This document shows positions 12,801 through 26,014 of a stretch of DNA of 64,000 nt, in pieces. The notes beneath the pieces are model-generated. The model was not told where the DNA came from. It worked only from the letters and a program-made list of their open reading frames with translations, and did no database searches. The stretch is taken from contig MU058781.1 in assembly GCA_013265495.1 (NCBI GenBank), forward strand, positions 11,575,009 through 11,639,008, in the 5' to 3' direction. The translations under genes were made by a program, and so were the position numbers. The stretch is from Vicugna vicugna. Lineage: Eukaryota. Position 1 is the first letter of the stretch. Every line of letters begins with the position of its first letter.

Positions 12801-15800
12801 CTGTCTAACACAAATGGGTTCTTCCTCCTTCTGTCCCAGACTGTGCCCTCCCTAGAAAGGTATAATCAATATCTTACACTTTCATATTGAATGAAAACTC
12901 TAACTCTGGCCAGATCCCAGGACTTCCCTAAATTACATAAGCCTGATGACTTGGACTTTCAATACACCTTAGAAATAAAAAATGGCTGTTAACCACTTCA
13001 TCATATTTTAGGACGCTAAATGGTGTGAAAGATATTTCCTTTGTCTAAGACTCTGCCCTCTGTCTGGCAGAGAGCTCATTCCGATTTTATGAAACACAAC
13101 ACAGAAATATTGCACCTCATTTGACTTCACTGTTGGAAAAAAAAATCTAATTTTCTTTTTAATTAGTGTGATGAACGTGTGAAAACATTCATCTCCTCCA
13201 CACAGAGCTCATCAATGTCATGCAAACAATGGGCACGATAAAATAAATCAGAGTGGCTTCTCTTGACGGTGTCCAGGGAGGGTGTCCCGGGCATCGGGCC
13301 ATGTGTAAAATGATCTTTTCTAGATAGCGAACCACGGTCTGAGAAAAACATCTATTATTTTTAGGGAACATTTCCAACTAAAATGGGATGAGTGCACTAT
13401 GACCCAAAAAAAACAAACCTTGGCCATTCACCCAGAGGGGAACTTGGTGGCCTCAGAGAGGTGATGTGAAAAGGGAGGAGGACGTCTGGGTGTTTAGATA
13501 TTGATTCATTCAGGATCTGTGCGTTGAGTGCTTTTGTCCAGTTGAATCTACTCGAAGGCCTCCATGCGCACAATGAGGAGAAATGGTCTAGGGGATGATT
13601 TTGAAAGTGGAGAAAAACAAAGCCAAAGGAGGATTCCCTCCAGATGAAAAGGCGCCTAGTCATCGTCGGTCTCCATTTCTGAACAGATCTTTCTAACAAC
13701 CACATGGTAAGGTGTTTAATGACGGCGGCTGTCCGGAGCCATCCCACATCTAGGTTTCCCTTTGGGGAACCAATTATGTGCTGCTGGCCTATCTGTCCCT
13801 CCTCTCCCCACCCCCTACCCCAATTCCCTTGCTTCATTGTCTGTTTTCAGCTGGTATTCTTTTCTGGTTGAATGGCCACAAACACAAGCTGTCTATTTCC
13901 TCCAGCTCGTGGCGCTCAGCTTGGCAGATGAAAATAACCTTGGTAAGGGAGCTGTTGAGAAGCACGAGGCCCTGCTTATGGCCACCCGGGCAGAGGAGGC
14001 CCCAGTGGAAAGTCAAATCCTCCACCGCCCGGAGGAGCATCCATCGTATAAACAAAATGGACTTTCACTCCTCCCACTACTTCCTCCCAAGAAAAGGAAG
14101 AAAGTGGTTTTAGACTTTTGACTTCTTTTCAGAAGGGAAACAAGACAGCTTTTAATTTTTTTCCCCCAACCCACTGAATGCGGTGAACGGTAAAATAAAA
14201 CCCTGGTTTGCAAACTCTTCAACCCAAGGGACTGTTGTTTGCCTGATGCGACCTTTTAATATGAAACGTGCAGACTGTGCTGCTCACTCTCCAGAACTGC
14301 CTTTGTCTGTGTTTTAGTCTCTCGACACTGAGGGGCGAGTCAATAATCCGTGAATTAACCCAAAACATAACAGAGAAGTGACTTGGTTATATTTGGAAGT
14401 GGGCAAGTGGTTGGTATCACAGCTGGGTTTTACTCTGGTGGAGATGTATCCATTTAGCGATCTCAGATTTATAGTAAGACACCTGGCCGCCATCAGCAGG
14501 ACCCCAAGTCAATGGATTTCAATACAAAAGAGTGGAATTTTGATATGAGTTTAGCTACCCACACCTGTAGATGAAATACCTCCTTCCCAGGCCCCTCGGT
14601 TTCTCCAGGTCACACTTGGAAAGGGATGAGTCCCTTTTCTGCTGGAAATAATTTGACTTTGCAGTCAACAAAAGGAAGGAGAGCCGTTTCTGGCCTTTGT
14701 GTTTGGGTACTCAGAATTCTATGCAAGTCCCTAGCGCACACTTTCAGCTTCTCCTAGCTCTAGCTTGGTGTTTCTTTATATTTATATTGAAGATAAATTA
14801 TTCAAAACAAAATCTCACATTGGATTGGCAGAGGAGGAGAGAAGCAACAACCCACTGGGGGCCTTTTGAAAAAGCAACACAAGCAGTATGTTTTTCCTAA
14901 ACAGATTCTCCAGTGTTCAGGTTTTCAGATGTTTGGATGCAGCAGAATTTTGGACAGACAAATGTGTCACCTTCTTGGGGAAGAGCCAGGATTTGGCAGT
15001 ATCTCAACAAAAGGGGGAGCTGGGCACGAGAGGCTGACACTGAGGGCTGGGCTAGGAGGAAGTGGTGAAGAGAGGGGAGGCCCTTTCCTCTAGCGCTGCT
15101 ACCCTGAGTAGACACACCCCTGCAATTTGTTGCAACAGAAGGATAGCCACTGGCTGCTTCCTAATTAGCCACTGGAGAGTAGCCTGATGATGCTAGTTCT
15201 TGGAGAGTTCACAGCTGACAGCCCCCGCTTGGAACAGCAGCTAAAACAGTCTGATACAGACACAATGGAGGTAGACGGTGGGTGTCAGTGGGCAAACTCA
15301 GAGGCTGGTCCAAAAAGGCTGGAGGAGCCAGAGGAAGAGGGGAAATAAGTGAGTAGGGAGATAATGGGGTGCAAGTGGGTAGGAGGAGAGGAACATTCTC
15401 AGAGCCAGATAAAACTGATAGAAAACAAAAAGGAAGAGATGATTGTGCTCAGACAGCAAAGGGGCAAATGTTCACACAAGATGCCCGGTTCCATAGAGAG
15501 CGCCAACTACAGCTTCTATGGGAATGGGATGACGACTGATCACAGTCCTAGAACTTCAACCATGTGCACAGCCGTGAGCACGTAGGAAGTGGGGAGCAGA
15601 AAGGAAAGGCAGACCCAATCGTGATTGCTTCCCCCTGACCAAAAGCTTAAACATTTCCTCTCTGTTGGTATCTTCAAAATATCAACCTTTGATGCTGCCA
15701 ACCTCCCCTCTGCACCACCCCCGCCCTCCTCCCCTCCCCTCAACAGAATCCGCCTGGTTAGGGTTATCTTGCTTTTCCACTTGCGCTGCTGCTCCTGCAG

Positions 15801-16179
15801 GAGCTGTCACTTCGCACCAGGGACTTGCACAGCGCTTCTGCCACCTTAACATCTGGATGGCTTCCGCTTGTCTAATTTCCAACACCTACTGCCTTCTAAA
15901 ATGAGGTTCTCTACCCGCTCCCCACTACCCCGAGGGAGGGGGCTAGAAGGTTATAGTCTCCTGGTAACAGAGTTGCAGGTGCTTCTCTTTTCTAGACCGT
16001 CTCCCAAGCCACAGAAACTTGCAGGGATGCTCCCGTCCTCAGGTGCATCATCACCCCTCCCCCAGTTTCCCCAGATACAGGCCAGCATCAATGCAACATA
16101 TTTCTCCTTCTTGCCCCTCCTCCCAATTCTCATCCCCCAACCCCACATTGCAAATTAGGAATTCAGACATGCGAGGAAG

Positions 16180-17160
16180 AGGCTGGTTCGTAGCTAAGCT
16201 GAATCCGGGCAGCCTGGGGGCAAGATAGGACCCTGGAGACCGAGCTGGACTCTGGGTGGGCGCCGAGAGTGCCATAAATCGTTCGGGTGGCAGGCGGCCA
16301 CCCAGGATCCGCATCCCGGTGCGCTCTCACCCCCGATCCCCAAGAGAGCCGATCCTCCGGCCACGCGTGTCCTCGCACCAGAAATGCTCCAGAAATGCCC
16401 CTTATCATCTTCTGGACAGGTCTCTCCACTCTCCTGGGCATCCCTCGGTTCTTCCTGCAAAAGTGCTTGTGCCCCCTACCGCTCAGCAACTTCGTGTGTC
16501 TATCCTGTGGGCATCAGAGACCCAAATCCTCCCAGGCGGAGGAAGCCTCGGACGCCCCAGTCCCAAGGGCTCCTTAACAGGCAACACTCATTCAAGCCGA
16601 GGACACGCTCGCCACACAGACCTCACCCGGGTTGTCAGTCAAATCAGAAGCAAAAAACGAGCAAACAAAAAGGTCCACATACCTAAAGGCTCCTTGTCAT
16701 GACAGGGGCACACGGGGTCTCCGGCTTGGGATCGCAGCTTCCGTGCCAATGAAATGCCCCGGGCTGCCCGCACCCTCGGGTTCTGCAGACAGCCTGAGCT
16801 CGCTCACTCGGATGAAGGGACAAAGGGATCCCCGCGCCCAGGCCGCGGCGGCCCTCCCGCGTCCGCTCCCGGCAGCGGGCTGAAGTTGCGGGGCTGGCAG
16901 CGCACAGAGCAAGCGATTCAGCCCAACTCCAGGACGCCGCGCTTTGCTGTCTGCCTCCAGCTGACCGCGGCCACGCCGAGCTCCTTGGCACTAGCTGGGG
17001 TCGCCGCTTTGGAGTCATCTTTGCAGTTCGAGCACGGGACAGAGTGCATTGGAGGGAGAGGGCAGGGGAAACTAGCCGAGGCGAGGAAGGGCCCTTTCAG
17101 CTAACCTTCTGGGATTTCCAATAGCGGCTGTGCATTAAAACAATGCACTGGGGCGACATC
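16180..17160. promoter_or_regulatory. RIPOR2: CpG island / alternative RIPOR2 promoter
   Basis: Highest CpG and GC density in the window (e.g. CCCGCGCCCAGGCCGCGGCGGCC). Contains ETS GCAGCTTCCG at 16734-16743 and a strong minus-strand donor. Confidence 0.8.
16683..16950 (-). other. RIPOR2: Probable non-coding first exon (exon 1b) of RIPOR2; 5' end approximate
   Basis: Minus-strand TAG|GTATGT donor at 16683/16682 inside the CpG island, with a weaker alternative GG|GTGAGG at 16627/16626. The ~25 kb spacing from exon 1a matches my recollection of the human locus. Confidence 0.65.
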
Positions 17161-19084
17161 GGTGGAGTGTGTGTGTGTGTGTTTTATGATGTGGGGGGTG
17201 AAGCTGGTTGCCCATGGCAGGAGTTGTGTTGGACGTCTGCTTTGTGTGGGCTCTCCACTAGGGATTGTTTGAGCAGAGAGCTCTCATAACAATGGGGAGA
17301 AGCAGAGATGCTTTGTATTTTGTTTTGGTGGATTTGAATTGTATGCAAAGCTTTCCCTTAGGAAAGTGTGGATTTGACAAAGACATTCCCAGAAAGTCTT
17401 TGGAGTGGAAAGTGCACAAGACTGGGCATCTACGAGGATCCAGAGACCAAGCCTCTGCCTCTGTCCTTAGATGGGGAATTCTTTATGCCTCTGTTTCCTT
17501 ATCTGTAAAGCCACCATACTGAATAAACTGCGTTTGCAGAAAATGTTAAATAGAATGGTACTGCAAGCTGCATCCTCTGTCCCGGACGTAGGATTCAGTC
17601 ACATTGTGAGGGGTTAGGAAGACTCAATGAGCTTAGATAGGGACCAGTGGGGAACATGTGAGGACACTGTGTCCTTATCCAGTTGTGATAAGGAGACTGC
17701 ATCCTCAGGCTTGGAATCTCAGCTGCCAAAACCATAGTCTAATCATCTACGTCATAACCCGCCTAAAGACACAAAATAGGAGCAGAGTGTGCTTAATGCT
17801 TAGAAAGGACACCCCAGAGCAAGCTCTTGTCACTGTGCCTCTGCCTGAGATCATGAAAGCAGCCTGAGCAGTGAGTGTCTTGATGGTCTGAACACTTCAT
17901 GGCAGCTGGATTTTTCCAGACACCCACCTCCCTTAGTCCTTCCAACTTACAGAATAGTTCCTGACAGCACTCAGTCTTCCCATGTAGACTCTCCTTCAGA
18001 AAAGAAAATGTGGTGACCACGTGATATGAACACTCCAGTCTTCCTGGAAAGTTATTCTTTGTGGGTTTTCAATATTGGTATTCTGATCAGGACATGGGCT
18101 CCTAGTGAGTTTGGTTGACTTGAGACAATCCTTACAATGCTGAACACTACAGTTCACTGACTGTCTTCTTATATCCTGGGTTCTGGAGCTGATACTTTAC
18201 AGGCACTGTGTCATTTATTCCTGACTCACGTCTGTAGTAGGTATTATTAGTTCCATTTCATGGATGGGAAAAGCAAGATTCAAGAGAGTTAATGTGACTT
18301 GTCCAAGGTGACACAACTGAATCAACTTTAGATACACATGCCAAAGCTGGGTCTGGGCACTTGCAAGCATGGGTGGTGGTGGCCCTTCTGTCCTGTCTGT
18401 CATAGATCCTTGTCCTTCTCTTCGGTCTGGACCTAGGTTCCTCCCTGTTGTACCCCTGTTGATACCTGACAGCTGAGCCCACTTTTTATGGCTATTTCCT
18501 TACTCTGCCTCCCTTTTCACTTCCTTTTCCTATCCGATGACTTCCTCAGTCCTTTCCAGGGTCAATAAATCTGATAGTCACAAAGGTCCCAGCAGCTGCA
18601 AGACTCCCACAGCACCCCTTTTGCCTCTTGGTAGCTACTAAAATGGTCATAAAACTGCTAGTGAAACACTCATTCATACAACAAGTATTTGTGGAGAACT
18701 GAGCAAGGGACTGGGAAGAAAAGAAAAAGAACACCCCTCCCCCCCAAAGAGTTTACAGCCTATGTGGAGATAACAAGATTAAGTGTGGGAGCTGAATGAC
18801 ATTGTTTAAGACAAAAGTGAAATAGCTCACAAGGCCAAGTGGGATTAAATCGAATGATACACTCCTCCCTCTCCCCCAAAAGTAAGTAAAATCAGCAGGA
18901 GGGAGAGGATAGAACCTGGACACTTTTAAAAGACAGAATTAGGGCAAGTAAAAGGAGAGGCAGTTCTGAAGATAGGCTGTGGCACTTTACAGGGGACTAA
19001 ATAGGGTTCTAGGAACGATGTACATGTAACCATTTTAGACAGACATTCAAGGCCCACAGTGCAGCCTCATCTAGGGCTTCCAGT

Positions 19085-20500
19085 CATGTTCATGTGCTAA
19101 AGAGTCCCAGATTGACACTTCTAACTCAGAACTCGCCTGCAGGGTCAGATGGCCAAGTAGCCATCTAAAAATTCCTGTTAATTTCTTGCTGGCTAATTCT
19201 TGGTTCTCCTCCCTGTAAACCAAACCTGGTCCTCCCCTATACTTAACCATGTTAGTAAAAAATAAATGGCACCAATATCCACCCAACTGCTACAGGACCA
19301 GAAATCTGGCAGTTATTACTGATATCTTTTTCCTCTACTTCCCACACTCAATTCTTCAACAAAACCTGTTGCTTTTGCCTCTAAGACACTTCTCATTCTT
19401 GGCTACCTCTCTCCAGCCCTACTACCATCACCCTTTGCCTCTATTCCTTATCTCCTTGCCTCCACTCACCCTTCCCTAGAATCCATTCTCTGCTGTGGCA
19501 GACCAACTTTAAGATAGTCTTCCATGATTCCCATCTCCTAGTATTCACATCTTTGTGTAAGCCCTTCCCCATAAGCGTGGGCTAGCCTACTGACTTATTA
19601 TTAACCAACAGAGTACAGCAAATGTGCTGAGATGGCACATCCATGATTAGATTATAAAAGATTGTGACTTCTATCTTGCTAGCCGACTCTGTCCCTTGTT
19701 GGCTTTGATCAAGCCAGCTGCCATGTTGGAGAAGCTCCTGTGACAAGGAACTGAGGTCCTCTGTTCAGTAGCTCACAGAAACTAAATCTTGCTATTGATC
19801 ATGTTAGCTCAAAAGTAGATCTTTCCTCAGCCGTGCCTTCAGATGAGACCCCAGCCTTGGCTGACACCTTGATTGCAGCCCTGTGACAGCCCTGAAGCTA
19901 AGCTGTGCCCGGACCCCTGATCTACAGAAACTGTGAAATAATAAGGATGTGTTGTTTTAAGTAGCTGAGTTTGTGACTATTTGTTCTGTAGCAATAGATA
20001 ACCAGTACAGAAAGAGTAGCCTTTAAAAGTAAAAACTATGTTGTGGTCACTCTCCTGCTTGAAATCTTGCCTTTGTTCCCTGTTTATTATAGAACAAAAT
20101 CCAACTCCGTATCAATGTTTACAAGACCCTGGTGAGCCAATCCCTTCTAGTTCTTCCAGCCTTACTCATGCTTCTGGCCCCACTCTTACTAAGCTCAGGT
20201 CACTAAGGTCACAAAGGCCTTCTTTCAGTTCCTTGAACATGTCAAGCCACTTCTCAGAGAGGCCTTCCCTGACCACCCACATCTTTTAAATATATCCTTC
20301 CCCTCAGTTATTCTTTTTTAATGTCCTGTGCCTTTTATAGCACCAATTGTAAATCCTACTGGTTTTATTTAACTTTTTAGTTGTCCTTTGTCTGTTTTTC
20401 ACTGGACTGTGAGATAATAAGGGCAGAGACTGTTTCTGTCTTATAAACCGTATCCCCAGCACAGAGCAAGAGCTCAAAAAGGACTTACTGAATGAAAGAT
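19085..20500 (+). mobile_element. L2 remnant (split by MLT1)
   Basis: AAATGGCACCAATATCCACCCA..; CTGGACTGTGAG..GGGCAGAGACTG..TGAATGAA end. Confidence 0.65.
19494..20009 (+). mobile_element. MaLR LTR (MLT1F/G-like) inside L2
   Basis: TGTGGCAGAC...CTTCAGATGAGACCCCAGCC...AGCAATAGATAACCAGTACA. Confidence 0.8.
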
Positions 20501-21001
20501 GAGTAACTCTGCCCTTCTGGGGTGTGCCTTTACTCTTACCTTGATCCTCTTATTGCCCTGTTGTCAACCCTACCCCCGGCCCATCTCCATCTGCATAGCC
20601 TTCACTTGTTTCCTAATAGCCACATGTACTCATCAAGATCCAGTGTCAGGACTCTAGTCTATATCTGTTTTCCTCAGGTCCCTTGCCCCTTTCCCTGCCC
20701 TCTCACTTCAGAACTTTCATAACATCATAGATCTTAGCATCTCCTGAGATGCTTGGCACCTTCCACTTTGGATTACAGCTGTTTGTATGGAGTCAGATGG
20801 TCCCAAACATTTCTCCATTTACCTCACTCTGGAGAAAGAGGCCTAGAAAGAAGCAGAGATGGGCAGTAGAAGTTTTGGGAGAAATAAGTTGGGGTTTACT
20901 GCAGATTAGCATCAGAACTAATAAGCTATCTAGGAAAAATCTAGGGGAAAGAGCAGGGTCTAATATCCACCTGGAGACAGGCAAACTTTCCATTTCCCCA
21001 C

Positions 21002-21390
21002 TGTATGAGTCTGCAGGGCTGCCATAACAAAATAGCACAGACTGGGGGCTCATAAACAACAGAAATGTATTTTCTCACAGTTCTGGAGGCTGGAAGTCCA
21101 AGATCAAGGTTCTGGCTGAATCAATCTCTGGTGAGGGCTCTCTTCCCGGCTTGCAGACTGTTGCCTTCTCACTGAGTCCTTACATGGTCTTTCCTCAGTG
21201 CATGTGCTCAGGGTGACTGAGCAAGCTCTCTGGTGTCTTTTCTTAGAAGGACACTAATCCTATCCAATCAGGGCCCCATCCTTATGACCTTATTTCACCT
21301 TAATTACTTCCCTGCTCCAACTACAGCCACGCTGGGGATGAGGGCTTCAACATAAGAACTTTGGAAGACACAAGCATCCAGTCCATAACA
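21002..21390 (-). mobile_element. MaLR solo LTR (MLT1A-like)
   Basis: TG...CA termini with perfect 5-bp TSD CCCAC (20997-21001, 21391-21395). Confidence 0.9.
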
Positions 21391-24300
21391 CCCACCTCCC
21401 CAACTCCACTACCTTCCCACTGAAGGAATGGGACTGATGTAGATGTACACATTTTAGGGGTGGGAGTGGGGTAGAGGATGAAAAGGAATATAAATGATGC
21501 TAAGTGCTTTACAGACATTATCTAACTTAAGACTACAACAATCTCTTTTTAAATTATTGTCCTAATTTGAGAGGTAAGAAAACTGTTGTTCTGAGAGGGT
21601 GAGTAAGTAACTTGCTCATGGTTACAAAGGTGAAGCTGTTTTTTAAAGTCAGAGATGATAAAAATTATAAAATACTCTTTACCATCGTACATTCCACTTT
21701 CCACCCTAATTTGCTGAACCTTGGGTATGAATGTGGGGACGGGGTGTGTACATTCAGAGTTGGGGCCAGAGGCCCAAGAGAAGCATGGAGTGGTTTTCCA
21801 GGCAGCTGCCTTTAGACTTCCCTTAGCACCTTAGATTTGGGACTGAATCTCTGAACAGGAATGTAGAGGGGACAGTAAGCTGCATCCACCCACCCTGCGC
21901 TTCTCCCTCAGGAAGGGAGCACAGTAAGTGGAGTATGTAAAGTGAAGGCTTGTCACAGAGCCATTCCCCTCATTGGATTGGCAACTCCAGGTGATGGGAT
22001 CTGTTCCAGGTGACTTTGTAGTCCCCAGAATTGCCAACACAGACCCTTCCTAGGGATCAGGTACAAGCATGAGTGAGGGACCAGGCAGCACAGGTCTGCA
22101 CATCTAGGACATAATCCTTACTGGATTGTCTGGAATTCATTTAAATCCTGAAGACGTTAAATTATTTACCCAAGGTCACATAACCAAATGAAGAGTCCAG
22201 CACCAGAACCAAGGTCTCCTAGTGCTTAATCCAAAGGTCTTCACACTGCCTCTCAAATCCTGCTCTTGCTGTGGTCACCAAAGTCTTCATTCTTGGGTGA
22301 TTAATTGCTACCTGTCTCTACTTCCTCTGTTATAATGCATTTGACTTCCTTTTAGGTCCCCACTATTACCTAAGCAGGATTCTTCCATCTCAAAAACTCC
22401 ACTGATCAAAGCATTCAGAGATACCTTGCCTGAGTCCTTGTAACCTCATCCAGGGAAACAGTGAAGCCTGGAGCTTGTCAGGCACTGGGGCAGGGGGTGG
22501 GGGTGCAGGATATTATAGGAAACTCCACTAGTGTAAGACTTTGTGTGATTCTTTCACACCAATGGAAAGAAATGATTTCTTCCAAAGGAGTAACCGTTTC
22601 ACACAACTTTCCCTCCCCCCACCCCCAATTTTAATTTTAATTTTAATTTTAATTTAAAACAGCACTTAGGTACAAATAATAGCTATTATTTCAACAAGCT
22701 ATTATTTCAACTCGGGTGTCAGCACTCTGCTAAGGGCAGGAGCCACAGAGGTAATAAACAGGAAAGTCATGGAACCTGTCTTGTGGAGCCTGGTGGTTAG
22801 GACAGCCGTAAATAACTGAGGCGGGTGTTATGAAAGAGGAAGTGCCATGGGTGCTATGGGAACTGTGATTATTTTGGGGGCCATAAAACAGGGTGTTTGA
22901 ACTTCAGCAGCACTGAAAATGGTCTCTTCTAAAAGCTGAATTTTGTTCTGTTCTCTCCCAGACATTTCTAAAGCCTGTTTTTGTTTGGGGAACAGAATTG
23001 GCTACGCCAGGCTGATTGTTCTTTGCACCACCAATTGATCCGAGTAAAGACACAATTCATCAGAAGAAAGCAGGAGAGCATCCAAAAGTGTAACCAAGTT
23101 AGTTTCCTGATTTGGAGCATGAGATATTTAATACAGAATTCAGAACAGGTCTGAAGACCCATTGCCATGTTGAAGCAGAGATGATGCTCTAATTGGAAAG
23201 TCCCAGAGATCTGCTTATATCTTGGGACTGGATCCATTTTTATTTCTCTATGTTCCTCCTGCCTCTGATGCTGGTGAATTCTGGTTTTTCCTCTTGGTCT
23301 AGTTGACTAGTCCCAGAGAGAGGTAGACAGGTACAACTGAGATCTCATCTCTCTTTATAACTATGATGTTTGATATCCATGTGGATAGCAGATCTAACAT
23401 CCTGATTTTGAAATTCCTTCCCTACTCTTATGACCTTCCTCTACAGGCACTTGGTCACCCAAATGCACGGCCAAGTCATGGCTTGGAATGCTGCCAGTTC
23501 TACGATTCTTGAACTCCTTTATCCTACTGTATCTCTTTACTCCTCGCTCATGTCTACTAATGCTTCATTTGTCGCTATGATCAATCTTTCTCTATTCCTC
23601 TTTATTTTTCATTTTCTAATCTATAAAGTGCCTAAGAATCACCCTGGGAAAGAGTTTAAAATGCAGATTTTCATTCTAATTCAGTCTTTTGAACAGGCAC
23701 ACTGATAATTCTGCAGCCATTGTCTCAGAATGTGCTTAGGGAAACACGAGTCTGGATAATAAGGTCCAAACAGGTGCCCAGCCCCTTAGCCCCACAGGGT
23801 GGTTCCAAAAGCCTTTCAGCTTCACCCCCTAACACACACACTCTGCAGTGCCTGCCCTACGCTCTGGCTCTTCCTGTTGTGCTCGGTGTCTGGGAAACAG
23901 CCCTGTCAAAAGTCCGAATTTGATTTGAAACACATGGGTTGTATTTTGGTTCTGCCAGTAGAAAACTCAGGATAAATCTCAAGCTTTGTGATCTCCATGT
24001 ATTCACCTGTCAGACGAAGGGTTTGGACCACTTGATCACCAAGCTTACTTCAGCTCTAACATTTGATACTTCCTGATTCTACTTTTTTGTTTAGGCCATT
24101 TCCACCGCCTGGAAATTTTCTGCTGAGAATTGCCCATCCCTTTTTCGTTTGCCACTGATGTTTGTCTCTCAAAACCCTTCCTAGTCTATAAAGCCCTGTT
24201 CAAACACTACTTCCTTCATGATGCCTTCCTTGGTCCTCCACACTCTACCTGCATTCTCCTTAAGTCCCCTCAGTGTCCCCTGAATAAGATCCCTCACATA

Positions 24301-25167
24301 TCAGAAATATTTGATATATGTCTCCTCATTAGTTTATAAGCTTCTTGATGCCAGGAACTACGCTTAGTACCACTTACAGCATTGTAATCTCTAGATTAGT
24401 GAGTATAGAAGATCATCGATAAATGTTGACTATAAAATGAATGAGAGCATACAATGCTCCTGCTGCCTTCTGTCACTTTTTCTCCCAGAAAAAGTGCATA
24501 ACAAGCTTGCCTTTATTGACATCAGACCTACACAAGTATGTTTCAGCCTGATAAATGACAGCTGGATCTTGCTTACAACTTTCTAAACTGCTGAGAGCAA
24601 AACCCCATTTTCCTTTGCCCGCGTCTGGTAGTGATGATAAAGTCCTCAAGGGAGTAGACATCTTAGGTTGTTGTTTTCTTACCATTGTCACACATATCTG
24701 CTTGTACAATGGGATACTTGTTGGGTCAATCCCCTTAACATTTTAGTATGTCCCAGGAATGAATGCCCTGGGGTGCTGAAATGAGGCCCCCTATGCACTC
24801 TGCCAAACTATCTCAATTCTAAACCCCACCCCCACCCCCACTTTTAGCTTCTGTACCAAGTGACCTGGAAGTTGCGTGGGTATAAGATAGTCAGCAAAAC
24901 GTTCAGAGCTGACAGAAAATAAAATAAGCCCTCTATGTAGCAAACAAGCCCCTTCTGTCCAGCAACGTGAGATTGGATTTCTCATACATTATTATTATAT
25001 TACATGTAGGGGTCATTTTCTGCAATAATCTAATTTATAAAAATCACTTCCCAATTTTTTGGTCTCAAGATCCATTACACAAAACAGAATCTAGATTAGC
25101 CGTTTTATATTTTACCCAACATATATGTGTGTGTGTATATATATTTATATATACATATATATATATA

Positions 25168-25542
25168 CACTTGGAGGGCATTGTGATAAATGAAATAAGT
25201 CAGACAAAGAAAGACAAATACTGTATATATCATGTATATGTGGAATTAAAAAATACAACAAACTAGTGAATATAACAAAAAAGAAGCAGACTCACAGATA
25301 AAGAGAACAAACTGGTGATTACCAGTGGGGGGTGGGGAGGGGCAATATAGGGGTAGGGCATGAAGAGGTACAAATTATTAGGTATAAAATAAGCTACAAG
25401 AATATACTGTACAACATGGGGAATATAGCAAATATTTTATAATAACTATAAATGGAATATAATTTTTAAAAATTGTGAAACACTATATTGTATACCTGTA
25501 ACCTATAATACTGTATATCAACTATACTACAATTTTTTAAAA
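25168..25542 (+). mobile_element. L1 3' end fragment
   Basis: TGAAATAAGTCAGACAAAGAAAGACAAATACTG (ORF2 end) through the 3'UTR; preceded by (TA)n. Confidence 0.85.
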
Positions 25543-26014
25543 CCCTATGCTTATGTGTATAACATTATCTAGACTAACCCCCTTTGTATTTTTAAAAATT
25601 GTTGAGGACCTTGGGGACCCCTTGAAAGAGTCTTGAGAAACCTGAGGGCTCCTCAGACTACATTTTGAGAATCTCTGCTCTAGACTGACAAACATTTTGG
25701 TAGAACATTAACTTTACAAATTCCCATAACTCTGAAACTGGTAAGGCCAAAGGTAAACAGTATAAATTTAATTCAACAAATATTATCGCACAAAGATATT
25801 AAAATAAGTATAAAATAAGGCAGAGTGGACGTAGAATTGACTGGAAATTATCACTATGCACGTGTAAACACAATGCTAGGTACTTGATAGGTAGGCTTTT
25901 TCAAGGTTCTAAACTAGCTCTCACTTCATAATGAATCCCTTCCCTTTTCTCTCATTATCAGGGGAAACATGAAAGAAGAGATTTGTCTGTAAGGGTCTCC
26001 AAGGTGATTGATTT

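Noticed and set aside
16051..17104. Multiple 80-148 aa ORFs over the CpG island
   Set aside because: Expected from stop-codon depletion in GC-rich DNA; Arg/Pro/Ala-rich with no domain. Only the uORF frame is kept as a finding.
22627..22711. Short direct repeats as a CRISPR-like array
   Set aside because: Only a (TTTTAA)n microsatellite and one 15-16 bp duplication; no repeat-spacer periodicity, and the context is eukaryotic.
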